A stretch of DNA of 63,890 bases, filler included, from Atractiella rhizophila (lineage: Eukaryota): assembly GCA_021432655.1 (NCBI GenBank). It is 5 parts of 5 records of this genome, joined end to end, with 100 filler letters (N's around TTAATTAATTAA, not from the genome) between each part and the next. Parts side by side here need not be neighbours in the genome. Positions count along the whole stretch, not along the records: positions 17,364 to 34,555 come from MU271878.1; positions 34,656 to 51,831 come from MU271879.1; 3 more parts are not named here. The stretch is one strand, 5' to 3'. Positions 22,477-36,314 of this stretch are shown here, piece by piece. Position 1 is the first letter of the stretch; each line of letters starts with the position of its first letter. The notes below the pieces were generated by a model, which ran no database searches, had not been told where the DNA came from, and worked only from the letters and a program-made list of their open reading frames with translations. A program made the position numbers and the translations under genes.

Positions 22477-24725
22477 TTAGCAAACCTTCACCCTCGATAC
22501 GGAAGGGTCGTGGTCGCTTGTGCGGTCATCGTAAGAGACCCAGTTGTTGACGTGAAGATGCTCGACTTCAGCAGAAGGGGCAAGGAAGGGGGAGATGTAT
22601 GCGTGGTCGAGTTGTTGGTGGTTCATGTCGAAAACATACGTATACCTAACGTTCGACAGTAGTGCATCGATGAGAGAAAATCTGAAGGAAGAGGGAAAGA
22701 GACAATGGCTTACCGTTCGAACGGATGAATGTTCGCGGCCTCGTCAATAGAGACCAGGTACTTCTTCAGTTTCTCCCAGACGGCCGTCGTTTGCCCGTAC
22801 TCGTTGAAATCTCCCGAAACAATGATCGGCATATCAGGGTTGATGGCGAGAACAGACTCGACGAAGTCCTTTAGCGAATCTGGATGAGTTCTGCGTTTGC
22901 TGGCTTAAGTAGACAGAGACACGTACAGCAACTAGGTTGACTTGTTGGATCCTAACATCGACGGGAAGATTGACAGGCGGCCTAGCATCCCCGTGGATCG
23001 AGGTTGAGCCTCCTTTAGAAGACATATGCACGTTGATGGCAAGAACTTGTGCTCCACTGCCCTCCATTTCGAAGAGCGACACCAGAGGCTTTCTCGTCGC
23101 ATCGTACACGTCATTGGTAAGATCGATAAGTCCGGGATTGTAGCTGCATCCTCAAAGTAAGATATTTAGCAGAAGGAAGGAAGAAGGGAGACAAACTTGA
23201 GCGCAATTTTGCCATTGCCAGCATCACTTGCGACGACGGTGTCGCTGAAGGTTCCCGGTGTGCCTGCTGCAAGTGTGATACGGTCCGAGCGGTAAAGCAT
23301 GCCCACTCTGATATTCCCTCCAGGCTGTCCTCCATCCTTACCATCCTCAGGAGAAATGTACGTGAAATCGTACTGGACACCGGAGTCCTCGAAAATTGCG
23401 TCCGTAAAGGTGGTCAGCGTTCTGTTGGAAGTAGTTACGCCGTCGTTGGTCGGTCCAGTATCATCTTGAATCTCTTGAAGAAATACAATATCTGGGGTAC
23501 GAAGGTACTGGGTAATTTGATCGGCTGAGCGTAGCTGGAAATTTAGTTCGAAGCACAGTGGGTAGTTTAGACAACGAACCTGCGGTCGGGAGGTGGACAG
23601 AGTTCCAGTACATGTTTTCGACGTTGTAGTCTCCGAATACGAGCGTACAGCTTGCATCCTCTTCAGGGACGACAAGAGTAGTGGGCTCTTGAAGCGTCGT
23701 GTTGTGCGAAATGACGACGGGTTTAGTGAGAGGGAGGATGCGGTAGAAGCCAAACTGGTTTGTCACGATTCCGGTGACTGTTTCAATCTTTGACCCAATC
23801 CACACGTCAGGGCTGTTGCTGTTATCTAACGGTCCCCTGATGACACATCAGCTCACGAGTCTTTAAGCATCACCATGATCCTACCCGATCACAATTGCCT
23901 CAGGATTGAGGTCGGGGTATCCATGCGAATCTGTAAGTAATCAGTCGATGCCTTGAAATTCTAGAGAAGCATACCCTTTGTAATTGTAAGCCCACCTCTT
24001 TCGTTTATTCCCGTCGCGGGATAGTCACCTCTCACCCAAAACTCACCGTACGAATTCGGATATCCCACAACGATGGGGTTCGTGATAGTGACCAGCTTGC
24101 CCTTTAAGCTTTCCCAAAAGTCCAACCCGTATTTTGACGGTTGTAAGGGAGGATTGGCCGCAGTGATCTGTGACTGATTATTAGGCACCGCAAGTATTCC
24201 ACCAGCTTTTAGATCGAGGGAAGTGTACACCTGTGTAGGTGGGTGGAGACCAGCGGCGCCAATGACGACAGGAGGAATGGTGATGCCGGATTGGACGACG
24301 GTGAAGTTCGAAGGAGAGGAAAGTTCGGTTTGGTAAATGTAGTCCGCGCTGGAGCGATACATTTGAACCTTTCCACTCAAACCGGTGAGCAAGTCGCCCA
24401 CTGCGACCTTATTCAGAACCGATGTTGAGGTGGTGTAGATGTAGAGGGAATCGGAAACAGTTGCATTGGCAGGAAGAGGCGGGTAAGTAGAAATCCAAAA
24501 ACCAGCCGCGCTGCTATCGTTGGATTTTGCCTGTTCATCTTAAAGCTTGGTAACTTCAGCAAAGGAAGCTAGAGTACTCACGGTGACGACTCCCGTGATA
24601 TTTTGCACAGTTTGACCTGCATAGGGGGAAATAAAACCAGGGCCATTGATGTCCACAATCTCGACGGCTCGAGCGGCTTGGAGAGCTGCAGCTACAAAAG
24701 AGAGAGGAAGGAGAGAAGAATGCAT
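22477..24725 (-). CDS. Secreted endonuclease/exonuclease/phosphatase (DNase I-like) protein, multi-exon
   Basis: Signal peptide, INGPGFISPYAGQTVQNITGVVT, DFWESLKGKLVTI, YNVEN, PDIVFLQEIQDD, GDFNE, SDHDP. Confidence 0.88.
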
Positions 24726-25188
24726 GACGAGAAAGAACGTCTGAAGCTGCAGTACGCTCAGCCTTGCGACAACCACGAATGGGAAGCATGGTTGTGAGGC
24801 TAGTGGATTTTATTCGCTGTCGCGCCGAGAGAAAGAGGGAATGCAACGTGAGAGATACACTGAAGGATCTTGAACGTGCGATAAGCTCCACATGGTGCGG
24901 AATAACAAGTGTTGCAGGGAACTGTAAGTCCGACTTCTTCATTACTTCAAGAGCAAGACTCTCTCAACTGCGTCTGCATTGTTCCCTTTCTTTGCGGCCA
25001 AGACTGCTCTTGCCAATATAAGGCTCGAAGGATAAAGAGGAGCTCCACTTGAAATTGAAGCATCCACACATAAAGAGTCACGAGCCACATGCCTCACGTC
25101 TACAACTGCTGCATTGCTGACAGGGAACTTAGCGAAAGTCGTGTTTGTGCGAACGTTTGAATGTTCGACATCTTCAAGTTCGTCTGGA

Positions 25189-26059
25189 TTACAAACCTTT
25201 ATTTTTCTTCCCTTTCCCCCCAAAGAGCGCAACCGCGCCAACTCTCTTCACCTCCACCTTCTCAAATGCATTTTCCATCACCCTTCTCAGATCCTCCTCG
25301 TTGTCCTTCCCATTGCCAAAAATACCCTGTTTAGTGTAAATCTCCATCAACTTCCTTCCTCCCCAGTTATGACCATCGCCAAGAATGGTCGCTCCATATA
25401 AAATGCCATTTGGTTTGAGAGACGGAAATGCAGCCCGTAGGATGGCCGGGAGTTTCTCTGAGATTGGGGTTGGAAGACAATGGAGGAGATAGAAGAGTGA
25501 GATGGAGTCGAATGTCTCCTTTTCTTCAGCTGACAAAGGCTCGAAACAGCTTTTCTTCCGGGTCACCACTGCTCCTTGGAAAACTTTTCCAGCTCCCGCA
25601 CTGTGTACTTTGGCAGACAATACCCTCTTTCTCGCAGCGTTGAGCGTATCCTCATTCACATCCATGAAAACAAGGGTTTCCAAGTTTTTCATCTCTTCAA
25701 TGGAATGAGCAGGGTACCATCCTGTCCCGACGCCAATGTCGAGGTGCCGCTTGGAAGTTGAAAGGTGTGTCTGAAAGAAAGGGAGAAGGACCTCCTTTGT
25801 GGGACATCGCCAGGCATAAGTGTTGGATAGAGAGAGGACGACGATGTCGTAAACGCGCAGGAGTAAGGGAACGGAGTAAACACGAGCGCTCGCAGGAGAG
25901 TCTGATGAGTAACAATTCTTAGCTAGAAGTCCAACGCACTAATGAAGGGGACGAACTGTGGTTAGGCCGAATGAGGTGATAGAACCGAACCAGGAGGCTC
26001 AAAGGCGAAACGACTAGCCCAAAAAGTAGTCCGCTGGCGATGCTGGAAGAGCGCGTCAT
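25189..26059 (-). CDS. Class I SAM-dependent methyltransferase
   Basis: AWRCPT, HLDIGVGTGWY, MDVN, FDSISLFYLLHCLP, LKPNGILYGATILG. Confidence 0.85.
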
Positions 26060-26545
26060 TTCACCTCTCCAAGTTCTCAACCGTTTGCCGTGATCAAATT
26101 TGCAAGAGGAGTATCATGGTTGCTGGCTCTCCCTTTTATGTTCTATTCCAAGTTTCTTTCGCTCTTAGTACACGCCGAGATTCGCAGAACTTCGGGCAGT
26201 AGTGTGGTTGCTCTCTGCTGCGTGCTCGGGAAAGTACAGATAGCCTACATAAAGAGAGGAGCCATTGGTCACTGGCGCGGTCGAGTAAATAGTCATAAAT
26301 TGCTTTAGTCAAGACTTTTGGTGGTGGGCCATAAAATTGGTAGAATTATTGGTTTCCATGCAGCTTAATAGTTACAGAGTGAACCCTTCGGAAGGCAATA
26401 CTCGTCATCCGAGAACTAATAGTCCAAAATCGAAGCCGAAATGGGAATAATGGTGCGCCATCATGCAACTAACATAGTCCAAAATCAATCGTATCAGGTA
26501 AACAGATGTCCATACTTCGGCTACCAGTTATTAAATAAGCTCAGC

Positions 26546-29500
26546 TCAGCCTTGGAAGACATAAATTGTAATGTCTATTATGTCGTTCAGCAGGCATTCA
26601 CAAATGTACAAGGGAACGGGACGTACAAACTACCGCGCCGATGAATCTGATTGCCGCTAATCCAGCCACGGAATAAAGCAGGAAGCTTAGGTACCCATTG
26701 ACTTTTGCGTTCGAGGTTCCCGTTTCGGTAGAGATAGACTGGTTGGCGTCAGTCGACCTATATCAATCATGCACTCTTAGTGCACTCTACCACGAAAATG
26801 ACAAAAACCGCACAGGATCGCAGCGACAAGGGCACCGTTCGTCAATGCCCAAGCGAGGACGACATTCGTACGGATGTTCCGATAAGCATCTTCTATCCGT
26901 GTCGCTTCGTCTATCTTCGTCACTGGGGGAGGAGGCTTGCTTGCTAACACATGTACAGCATCTTCGTAGGCCGCGTCGATGTCCTTTTCTCTCGTTCAGG
27001 GTGATCATCACGGAGAGAGGAATACGCTCACCTCCTTCTCCGTCGGTACAGCCACATCCACAGTGTTGCCCTTCCCTTCTCCTGTTGTCTTTACCACACC
27101 AAGATCCGTCTCGACTTTGTTATCGCCTTTTGTTCCCCATGATACGTCGTGCACGTTACAGAATGCATACCTACGCCACCATTGTCAATATCGGTAAAGG
27201 TGAGAGTAAAGGTCGCACGTGTTGATGACGTTAATCCATGAAGGAGCGAGCAAGATGTACTGGATGAACGAGGTGAACATGTGCCAAGGCTCAAAGAAGA
27301 TCAGGGAAGCGATGAGGTATAGACCGTAAGTTGCCAGGAGAGATATGACAATGTTCCGGAAGATGCTACCCATTGTATCACATCAGGGACACCTCTGGAC
27401 GAAATGGTTGAAGACGAAAGCTCACGTATTAGAGAACACGTCGCTCAGCGAAAAGCTCCCATTATCCTCCTCAATCGCATCTTTTGCATTCTGGATCCCC
27501 TTGAAGGTGATGAAGAAGGCGGCAAAGGTGATGTAGATGGTGATAAATGCATAAGCGACCATTGCGATCGTGAATGACACTTTGCTGCCTTGCGGTCGGT
27601 TCCCCATTGCGAGAAGGAAACAGCCAATAAGTATGCCGATGTAAATGTAGTTGAGGATATCATTGAAGACTTTGATCCAGCCTCCAATACCGAAGGTTTT
27701 GTCTTCTAATGAATTCGAGAGGATATACTATTCCATGTCATCAGCAATGGTGAAAGGAGCCAGGACATTGACTTACAAAAGCGATGTAAAAATTTCCAAG
27801 TGCGAACCAGGAGAATATAAGGTTGAAGACCTGATAGAAGAACTCGACGTGCAGCCAGAACTTGCGGATGAAGGAGTGGTCGGAGCGATAGAGATATCCG
27901 AAATGAGTAACAGAGTGAATAGCGGCGAAGAAAGATCCTTCATAAGTCCATCAAGATGCGACCTCGTGAAATGAAGGGAGAAAACGTACCATTCAGCCAC
28001 CGACGACGTTGAGAGATCAGCTCGGGTACTTGATCAGGTACATCAGTGATGGCACTATCCGAATCTCCTTCAGGACAAGCACCAACTGTTCGAGGTTGAA
28101 AAGAACGCACTAAGCGCTCTTCACGTATCTGAGGACCCAACCACAATTCCTCTTCGACACGAGCTCCCAACACAGAATCCTATCCTCAGCCAGATACATA
28201 TTCTTATCCCAAAGATTGGCGTCCGCATTCGTATGCAGCTTCTCTCCCTTGAAATACTCCTTCAGCGGGCCTTCTCCAAGCTCATTGTTCTGGAGTGCAG
28301 TGTAACGGTAAGCGGAGAAGGCACCGGGTAAGACGGTGATGTATCCGAAGACGGATTCAAGGGGTTTGTCGAGAATGTCTAACCCAGTCACACTCCATCA
28401 AGCAATTGAAGAATGAGGTGGGACCAAACACACTCGAGATCTTGTACTCAAAATTCTGGGCAGCAACCAACGGGTTGATCAAATTCTTCAAGTACCTTCC
28501 CTTGAGAGCGACGATTTCACCACAAGCACCACCGACGTTCGAATTGACATCAAAAGTTTTCCACAGATGATAAATCGATTTCGGTCCCGGCTGCGTTCCC
28601 ACATCGAGGAGGACACAGACGTTGGGTTTGAGTAGGCGACCGAACGCGTTGAAGAACCAGCGATGGGAGTTGATTTTCTTCTGATTCTTCTCTTTCAAAC
28701 AAAACAGGATTTGAATGGGTACTGCTTGGCCTTTCGAGTTTTCGGTGGAGCGGAATTGGAGGGAGGGGTCGACGTAGACTTGGGTCGTGTATTCGTAGAT
28801 GTGTGCGGTTACAGGTTTGGCTTCTCCATCTCTTTCGACTGGACGTCATCCAACAAAGCTTCATCAACAAAACTATGTCGATAAAGAAGGAGAGGGGAGG
28901 CGCACTGATATTCTTTGCTACTCCTTCTTGGTACACCCCCATTCCTGCCAGGACTGACAGAGTGCGCGAATTGATTTTTGATCGTCCATCCGACACAATA
29001 CAGACCACGACCTTGCATTGAAATTGTCACGTTTATGCCTCACGCGTAATTGAAAGATACACACCTTCTTCCATCCATCACTGCCCCAAGTTTTACTCCT
29101 CTCCCTCGTACAAAGGTGTTGAATATTCTTAATGACCCCATGCATCGTCCTCGTAAACAACTCTTCATCTTCATTATACCTAGGGAACAATCAGTCTTCA
29201 GGATTATAGATACAGACACAGAAGCGGCTTACATGGTCATCACGATGAACAACTCGGTGCGGCGTGGCGGGTCGTATAATACTTGGCGAAGGGAATACTT
29301 TTCACTTTCAAAGTCGTCTGGATCACAAGTCGCAGCCGTGTACCTACACAGTTAGCCGACAAGGTCAGCTTCTCGTTTGACGATTCTATCAAGGCAACAG
29401 TGCTGCCATTTGTCACATCGGCGCGCTAACAATGTATAATCAAGAGCAGGCCAATGCTCGAACCTTCCCATCGCCCCAGAACCAGAAATTTAAAAGACAA

Positions 29501-30190
29501 ACCTCATGTGTGTGAATTCCTCCCTCCCTTCTCCTTGCTTAAACTCAACAACTTTCCCGGGACTTTACAATCATAAACGAAGTTTCCATTATACAATTCC
29601 ATCCTCTTCACCGTCTTATACCTCCTAGGCTGCCTCTGCGGTATGCGTCCATACCTCACATTCGATTCCTCGTCTTGTCCATTTCCGCGAAACGCGAATC
29701 CGCCAGGGAAGGGAGGCATGGACATTTCGCTATTATGCAAGAGCGGCGCGTTATCGTCCATATGCACGCCTTGATGGTTATGCGACGACGGCGCGCTGTG
29801 TCTGTTATCGGCAGGATAGGGGAGCTCTGCTTCTCCTGGCGTCTCGAAGGGATTCGGGAGGCCACCGGCACCCGTTTGGTCTGTCGGATGGGTAGAAAAG
29901 CCCGGACCACCGTAGGATACTTCTGGCGCGGCATCGTAGGCTGTATGGCGGGGCGACTGGGGGAGGGGGAGGTGTTGTGGATAGGTGGGCGAGGTTGGCG
30001 AGTGCGGATTGGGATGGGAGTAGTCGTAGTCGCCTCGCAATGGGACTTGCTGGTAGTTGGAGTATGAGGCTTCGGGGTAGTGATGTCCTTGTCCTCCAGA
30101 GATGGGCGGTGGTGACGCTGGGTTGCGCGAGTAGGGATAGGCAGACATGTCGTAGGAGTCCCGCGGTGAGCCGGGGTTGGGATAGGCCAT
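26546..30190 (-). CDS. Chitin synthase (division 1, class I-III type), multi-exon
   Basis: [49 protein letters not shown]; 3' end approximate. Confidence 0.93.
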
Positions 30191-30771
30191 GCTGACGCAG
30201 TGGTGAGTGGTAAGAGGAAGCGGTAGAAGGCAGGTAGGAAGAGCTCTGAGCGTTTATGGTCGTTAAGTGTGTTGAGGAAGCTCCTGACTGGATCCGATAA
30301 ATCCGAGTGTTTGCGAGGGGGAGGTGGAACAAGAGTCAACAACGACACGACTACCATGGCTGGTGCTGGCATTTCGGAGCATGCGTGAGGCGTTTGGTTG
30401 CACAGAACATATTGATGGGTTTGTCGGACCAGTGGATTCATGATCTGGTACGTAGCCAATTGATACTGCAAGCCGCGGAGCATGGAGCCTGGGATACCAT
30501 CCTATAACAACGTCTTCCTTGCATGATTATAGAATATTTAAATTTTTGTTTCATTTGTTGCTGCAGCAAGCTGAATCATTGTGAAGCTGTTGCTGTGTAC
30601 AGTTCAACTGAACGTTCAATCTTCATCTGCATCCTGGTAGTGTCTGTTCTTCGCAAGACTTGAATTAGTTCATTAGCGGGAACATCTACATTGATCGAAG
30701 ATGAAGCATCGATAGGCGAGCTTTGTTCCCATGTTGAAAATCAATAAACAACTTTAGCAACGGCTACTAAG

Positions 30772-33086
30772 CTAATTTCTCAGGAGAGAATCATAGTAGC
30801 CAGTGCCGTTTCCAGGGACAAACGACAGCGTTTCCTTGAAGTCGTCCAACGTTGCTGGTGCTTCTGAAGGGTCAATTGGGATGTTAAAGAAAGTCTATTC
30901 CGTATTCATTCATTCAGCGTCTGGGTTGAACGTGACTGGCAAACTGACCGTGTCAAAATCGCTGGCTGCAGCTCGTGCAAACGCCTCCTCAAACTCGTCG
31001 AGAGCACGAGAGACTCGAGGATACTTCCAACTGAGGAATTTCATTCGTTTGATCATCCTAAACGCTCATTATAAATTAGGCTAACCGTTGTCCTGTGATT
31101 CATGCAGAGGAGGGCATACAAATTCATGTATGGTTGAATCTTGACGCTCCGGTAAACGTATGAAGCGACGGCTCTCATCCCTTCTTTCCAGTGCAACAGC
31201 TACGAATTCGTCAGCAGCTGAACACTGAATATCGATATCTCTGACGCTTACGTATCCGAGAGCCGTGAGATCGTAGGTGTATGAGTGGAAAGTGAACTCC
31301 TGACAGAGGTCCTTGATCACAATGTTCGCGGCCGTGTACCGCAACACACCGTCAAGGAGTTCTTCATGAGACGCCATCGCTTTAGAGTAAAGCTGAGCTA
31401 CGATGTTATTATGAGGAAAATACTTCGTGGCCTCGGATAGTCTCGTTAATAACCGAAAAGCGCACTTGAAGTAGCAGCAGGTGACAATGCGACTGAATAC
31501 CACATTTTCTGTCCTTCCAGTGAGACGACAAGTGTATAACGAGTGTTGCTTGGGCGAGATGAACTTGAGTTCAGCTTTTACCGATTTCTTGCGCCACCCG
31601 GCGAAATGAGAGAGCGCATCGTCGGCATCTAGAAGAAGGGACTCCAAGAGCACTTCGTCTCGCTTTTCCATTGCTTTGCCTGATTGCTACTATCAGCATT
31701 GGATTTTGGGGTTGGCAGGAAAGGAAAATTGCATACCCGCGAGTCCAAGATTTCGAAGTATGGCTTCTAGGCAACGCCAGGACAAGTCAAGTGTCTTCAT
31801 AGAGCCGATTAAGGGGACCTTTGCCATTCTAAACGCAGTAGGGGAGACGAAGAACTTCCACTCTAAGTCCTCGTAGTACTTCTTGTAATGAAAGGAGGTC
31901 CTAGACAATACCATCAGACGTTTGTTGCGGCAGGAAGGTAGCAAAGCGGACAGAGTTGGAGTCCAGGCATCATAGTATAGCTGGGACTCATTATCCAGCT
32001 GAACCAGTCAATGTTCATCATTCGTGACTCCTTCTGAGCTCTGGACTAACCAAGATTATGTATTCGAAATAACGCTCAGTTAAGCGCTGACGTTCTGCCC
32101 TCGAAGGCGCGACATCCCAAAGGTGGTGGAAATGGTGCAGACAGAGTTTTAGGACATCACAAACGGGGACCCCTCCAGAGTCGGTGCCTCCTGATATGAA
32201 TGTTGCTGCCAAGTTCACCAGAAACAAAAGACTTTTTTCCGCTGGCTGGTACACAGGTGAACCATATCCCAAAGCCGTGACAATCGCGTTTCTCGACAAT
32301 GTAGACACTGGGCCTTGCCTGAGCCGCGAAAAAGATCGATAGTCGTCACAATATTGACCAGTCGCTTCAGGGATCGAAGAGACGTATGATCCGCCCAAGA
32401 TCTCAGAGTGCGCAGATGTCCGAGCAGCAGACGCGAAACACCACAATAGAAGAATGTTCGCCCACGCCCCCGCGATGCTGGCATTCCTTTGAAAATCTTC
32501 GCAAGAGCTGAGAGCGCTCTCGGCCGTTCCGAACAAGCGGTCGAGCAAGAAACGCTTTGCGGATTCGTCGAGCTGAGAAATGGCGAATAGGTGATTGCTG
32601 AGCGAACGCTTTCGTTCAGCAGTCCCTAAACGGTCGCTCGCTGTAGTTTTCCCAAGCTTGAGCGCCGCCAAAAGAACTCTGTCGAACTTCTCCACTGGTG
32701 ATTTAATCGACGCGGTCTTTTTGGAAACAAGTTTCTTCGAAGCTTTCCTCGTCGACTGCTGGCCGATATCTTTCGCGAGTTCCAAAGATGTCGAATAATT
32801 TGGTTTCAGTTTCTCAATGCGCACGCTGGGTGATCAGAAATTAGAAATTAATATCCATCCTCTAGCTTCGTGATGGCGCACCCTTGTTGACGTTTACGGA
32901 GGACGGGACGATAAGAAAATTCGCATCTACCCAAGAACCAAGATTTAGTCGATTCGACAGCAACCACTAGGTACTCCTGAACGCTCACTGTTCCTTAATT
33001 GCCGAACAGCTTAGGCATCCAAAGGCCAACTTTCGCCTAATGCAGCGAATGTTATTTTCTTCGCAGCGCTTACAGATAGAATTCAT
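30772..33086 (-). CDS. Zn(II)2Cys6 cluster protein, paralogue 2 (inverted copy of 19903-22315)
   Basis: CKRCEENNIRCIRRKLAFGCLSCSAIKEQ|C; shared blocks ERKRSLS.HLF, DDYRSFSRLRQ, ERQRLT.RY; similar exon layout. Confidence 0.75.
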
Positions 33087-33609
33087 GGCACTTTTGAGAC
33101 TCGAGTTCGGCACTTGCTTCAGAGGATTTAAACGATGTCAAATACAGCAACGCTTTTCATGCAATTGTTTTCCGAAAGATTTTCGCGGTCTACCCTTGTC
33201 CCCGAAAGATGGTGCTGGTGAAAAGATGCACCCTTTAACTGGCAGGCTGGCAGCACGACCCACAATTACGGTGATCTCTTCTGGGTAACAAGTTGTACGC
33301 AAGGGATTTGCAACCCGCCTATTCTTTTCATGAATGTCGTTCCCATATCCCGTAAAGTTGCGTTCCTTTCTAGGAGAAACGAAACGCCAAGCCTTCAACT
33401 CGTTGATGACACTCACTTTGGAGCATGGGAATACTCAAAGGACACCGGAACTACGAGGTTGTTAAAGTACTCTGATGACTGCTCGAGTATTGCCAGGCGA
33501 TGTGCTGAGAAGCAGTGACACCTGCTGTATCATGTTGCCATTGAACGTGCTTTCATGGCAAGTTGTAACAACATGCGGAGTAACATCCCAGAAAAGGCTC
33601 GACAGTGCA

Positions 33610-34490
33610 TCAATAATCAGTCGCAAAACAAACAAATTTGTGCCGATTCCAAGCAGCCTTCTGGTGTTCTTTCGAGCACTAACCAGGCGTTAAACCGACT
33701 GACAAAGTGAGAGAGAGATTGACTCACATATGTGGCAATCGAACACTTATCACAGATATAAAGCTGTTTCGAAGACTTCTTCGCCTTGCAGATAGAGCAT
33801 ATCACCGGCATCCTAGCTCTGTGAACCATGGGCACCGTCTCCCAAGCAGGATCGTCCTCTTCTTTCTCTTCAGCGTCTTCCCAGGGTTTAGCAGAAATCA
33901 GCAGCCAGTAAAGTCTTCCGTATGGCGTGCTGGGCAATCCGTTCGAGAGAACGCTGTTCCATCGCTTCAGATAAGGCAAAAGCTTTTTGACTTGCTCCGA
34001 CTCCCGCATTCGAGCCTTGCTGTCGAGCGTCGAGAGGCAAAACCACCTTTCAATGACTGATGAGACCTCGTAGATCCCTTCACGGACGAGGGAGAGACTG
34101 AAGTCGGTTGATTGAGGAGAAGAAAGTATGGAATCCCAGTGCGGCGCCACTGCTGCAAACTTGTTGAGCAACAGAGGACACAATGCTTCTGTGAGGGCAA
34201 TTGCCTTGGAATCTTTGGATCGGTGGAGCTTGTAAAGATACAGCGTTTGAGAGAGATAAGAGAGGAGGAGGGTATAGCCATTATACAGCGAGAGCGTGAT
34301 ATCGTCCAGGTCATATAAAGTTGAGCCGAGAGTTAGTGGCGGAGGAGATGACAGACGGGCTTCTAATGTCGAGAGAAGGGGAAGGAAATGACGTGCAGCG
34401 AGGAGGGAGAATATTGACTCTTGTACGAGATGTTTTTCTCTTAGAATCCGCGGAAGCTGTCCACAGTATCGTAAATCAGGAATGAAGGCT
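33610..34490 (-). CDS. MYND-type zinc finger protein, 5'-partial
   Basis: CSIC...CDKC...Y|CSKEHQKAAWNRHKFVC; reading frame open up to a splice acceptor near 34488. Confidence 0.75.
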
Positions 34491-34555
34491 AAGTGAAGTC
34501 GGAGCGAAAGCAGTCAATCGAATCAACCTTTACATGATCTGAACAATACAATATG

Positions 34556-34655
34556 NNNNNNNNNNNNNNNNNNNNNNNNNNNNNNNNNNNNNNNNNNNNT
34601 TAATTAATTAANNNNNNNNNNNNNNNNNNNNNNNNNNNNNNNNNNNNNNNNNNNN
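34556..34655. other. Artificial contig linker
   Basis: N44-TTAATTAATTAA-N44. Confidence 0.97.
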
Positions 34656-34686
34656 AAAAACATCTTCCCCTCCTACACGGGCTGTA

Positions 34687-36181
34687 CTACTCTCCCACTC
34701 CCCCCTCCTTAACCGCCTGCACCAACTCTCTTACCCTCCTCGTCCTCGCCTCCCACTCTGCGCCTCTCAAGTCTGGTCTGAAGTGCTCGTCTCCCGCTCC
34801 GTCCTCGTCTCGATTTGGACGGGTACGATAGCATATCTGGACTTGAGAAACGTCTCTGGCGGATGCAGTAGCTTGAGATTTATACAGTGTAATCGTCATA
34901 TCTGTTTCCCCACCGCATCAGCAATCAGTAATGCATCCATCAAACGGAAAAGCGTGTGTTGCGTGGAACGGACTTTTGAGGCAAACAACATCTCCCACCC
35001 TTAAAGCCTCACACCAACCCAGTGCAATATCATCCCACACGTTCACTTTAACCGTTACCTCCCTATCAGCGACTAACAAGCTGCCCCTCAACACGCTCCT
35101 CTTCATATTCGCCTTCTTCCCAAACAGTCTCTGCGAGTCCAAGGGCCGCGGACAATTGATCTCCAGCACGTAGCACAACAGCGACGTCACGACCTTGTGT
35201 TCTGGACAGGTCAACACGAGTTCGGGGAGGTGAGATAATGGCGAGAGGTCCGAAAGGTCGAACATCCATGACGGGAGTGTTACTATCGACTGGGTCTCCT
35301 CCGTCGTCTCCTCCAGCAGTCCGCTCCCATTTCCAACACCGGTGTGGAAGGACATATCGGGAGACTGTGCGGGAGATAATGGAGCTGGAGCTACGAGGCC
35401 TGACGGCTTTGGAACGAGAGGAGAAGGTTGAGAAGGCGATAGGGACAGCTGGGAGAAATCTCTTGCGAGCGCTGGAGGGACGAGAAGGTGATTAGAAGAG
35501 AACATTAGAGGAAAACAGAGAGAAGAGCAAAGGACGCACGTGGGATTCGTTGGGGAAGTTGAGTCGGAGGCGGAAGGATGGAGAGATGCCATTTCTGCAT
35601 TGTTGACTGACCTTCACTGACTCCTGCATCTGGAGCGAATGAGATCGCATGTGGCTCGTCTCCCTTCCCCCCTTGAATCGCATCAGCATCAATACCTGCA
35701 TTGAAGACAAGTCCTCGATTATTCTGCACTTCGTTGCATTTCTGGTTCTCGCTCTAGAAGCTCAGACCGTCATTCATAGAGGCGGGTACCACACTAGCAT
35801 CACCGTTCAATGTGACCAAAGCTGCAGCTATGATGTCTATCGTAACTCTGGCTGATGTAAAGCTCTTCACTCAATATTGGAACGAGGAATTGCAGTAAAA
35901 AATGCATCAGAAAACCAATGAGACGCACCACGCCTCCTCTTAGTCGGTCTCTCTGTCACCTCCCTCCTTCCTCCACCTTCATGAAGCCTAGCTTTTTGCT
36001 GAGCCGGAAGCATGGGAATGGATAGATCTTCATCGAGCGCAGGGACGTCTTCCCATTCGCCCACATCCAACTTGTAGCTTGTCTGAACCTCCTTCTCCCG
36101 CTCTTTCCCCTTTCGATGTCCCTTCTTCTCCCTCATCTGCGCTGTTGTCGGAGGATTCGCAAAGATTATCAGGCGCGTCAT
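34687..36181 (-). CDS. OB-fold protein, possibly Shieldin subunit 2 (SHLD2/FAM35A)-like, multi-exon
   Basis: SLLCYVLEINCP...LLVADREVTVKVNVWDDIALGWCEALRVGDVVCL fits the OB-fold beta pattern; C-terminal CYRT.P...RPDLR; boundaries approximate. Confidence 0.5.
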
Positions 36182-36314
36182 CTCTACCCAGCAGTCGTCG
36201 TTAGGTTTGGATCCTTCAACAAGGAAATGACTCAGTAACTTGGAAATGACAAGGAGGCATTCAAACTCTAATTTGTTTGTGAGTTCATGAGTCAAGATTG
36301 ATGATCAGACAACC

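Noticed and set aside
29656..30483. Long overlapping ORFs in the chitin synthase 5' region (likewise around 43000-46700 and 49600-51400)
   Set aside because: Shadow frames of GC-rich, low-complexity coding sequence.
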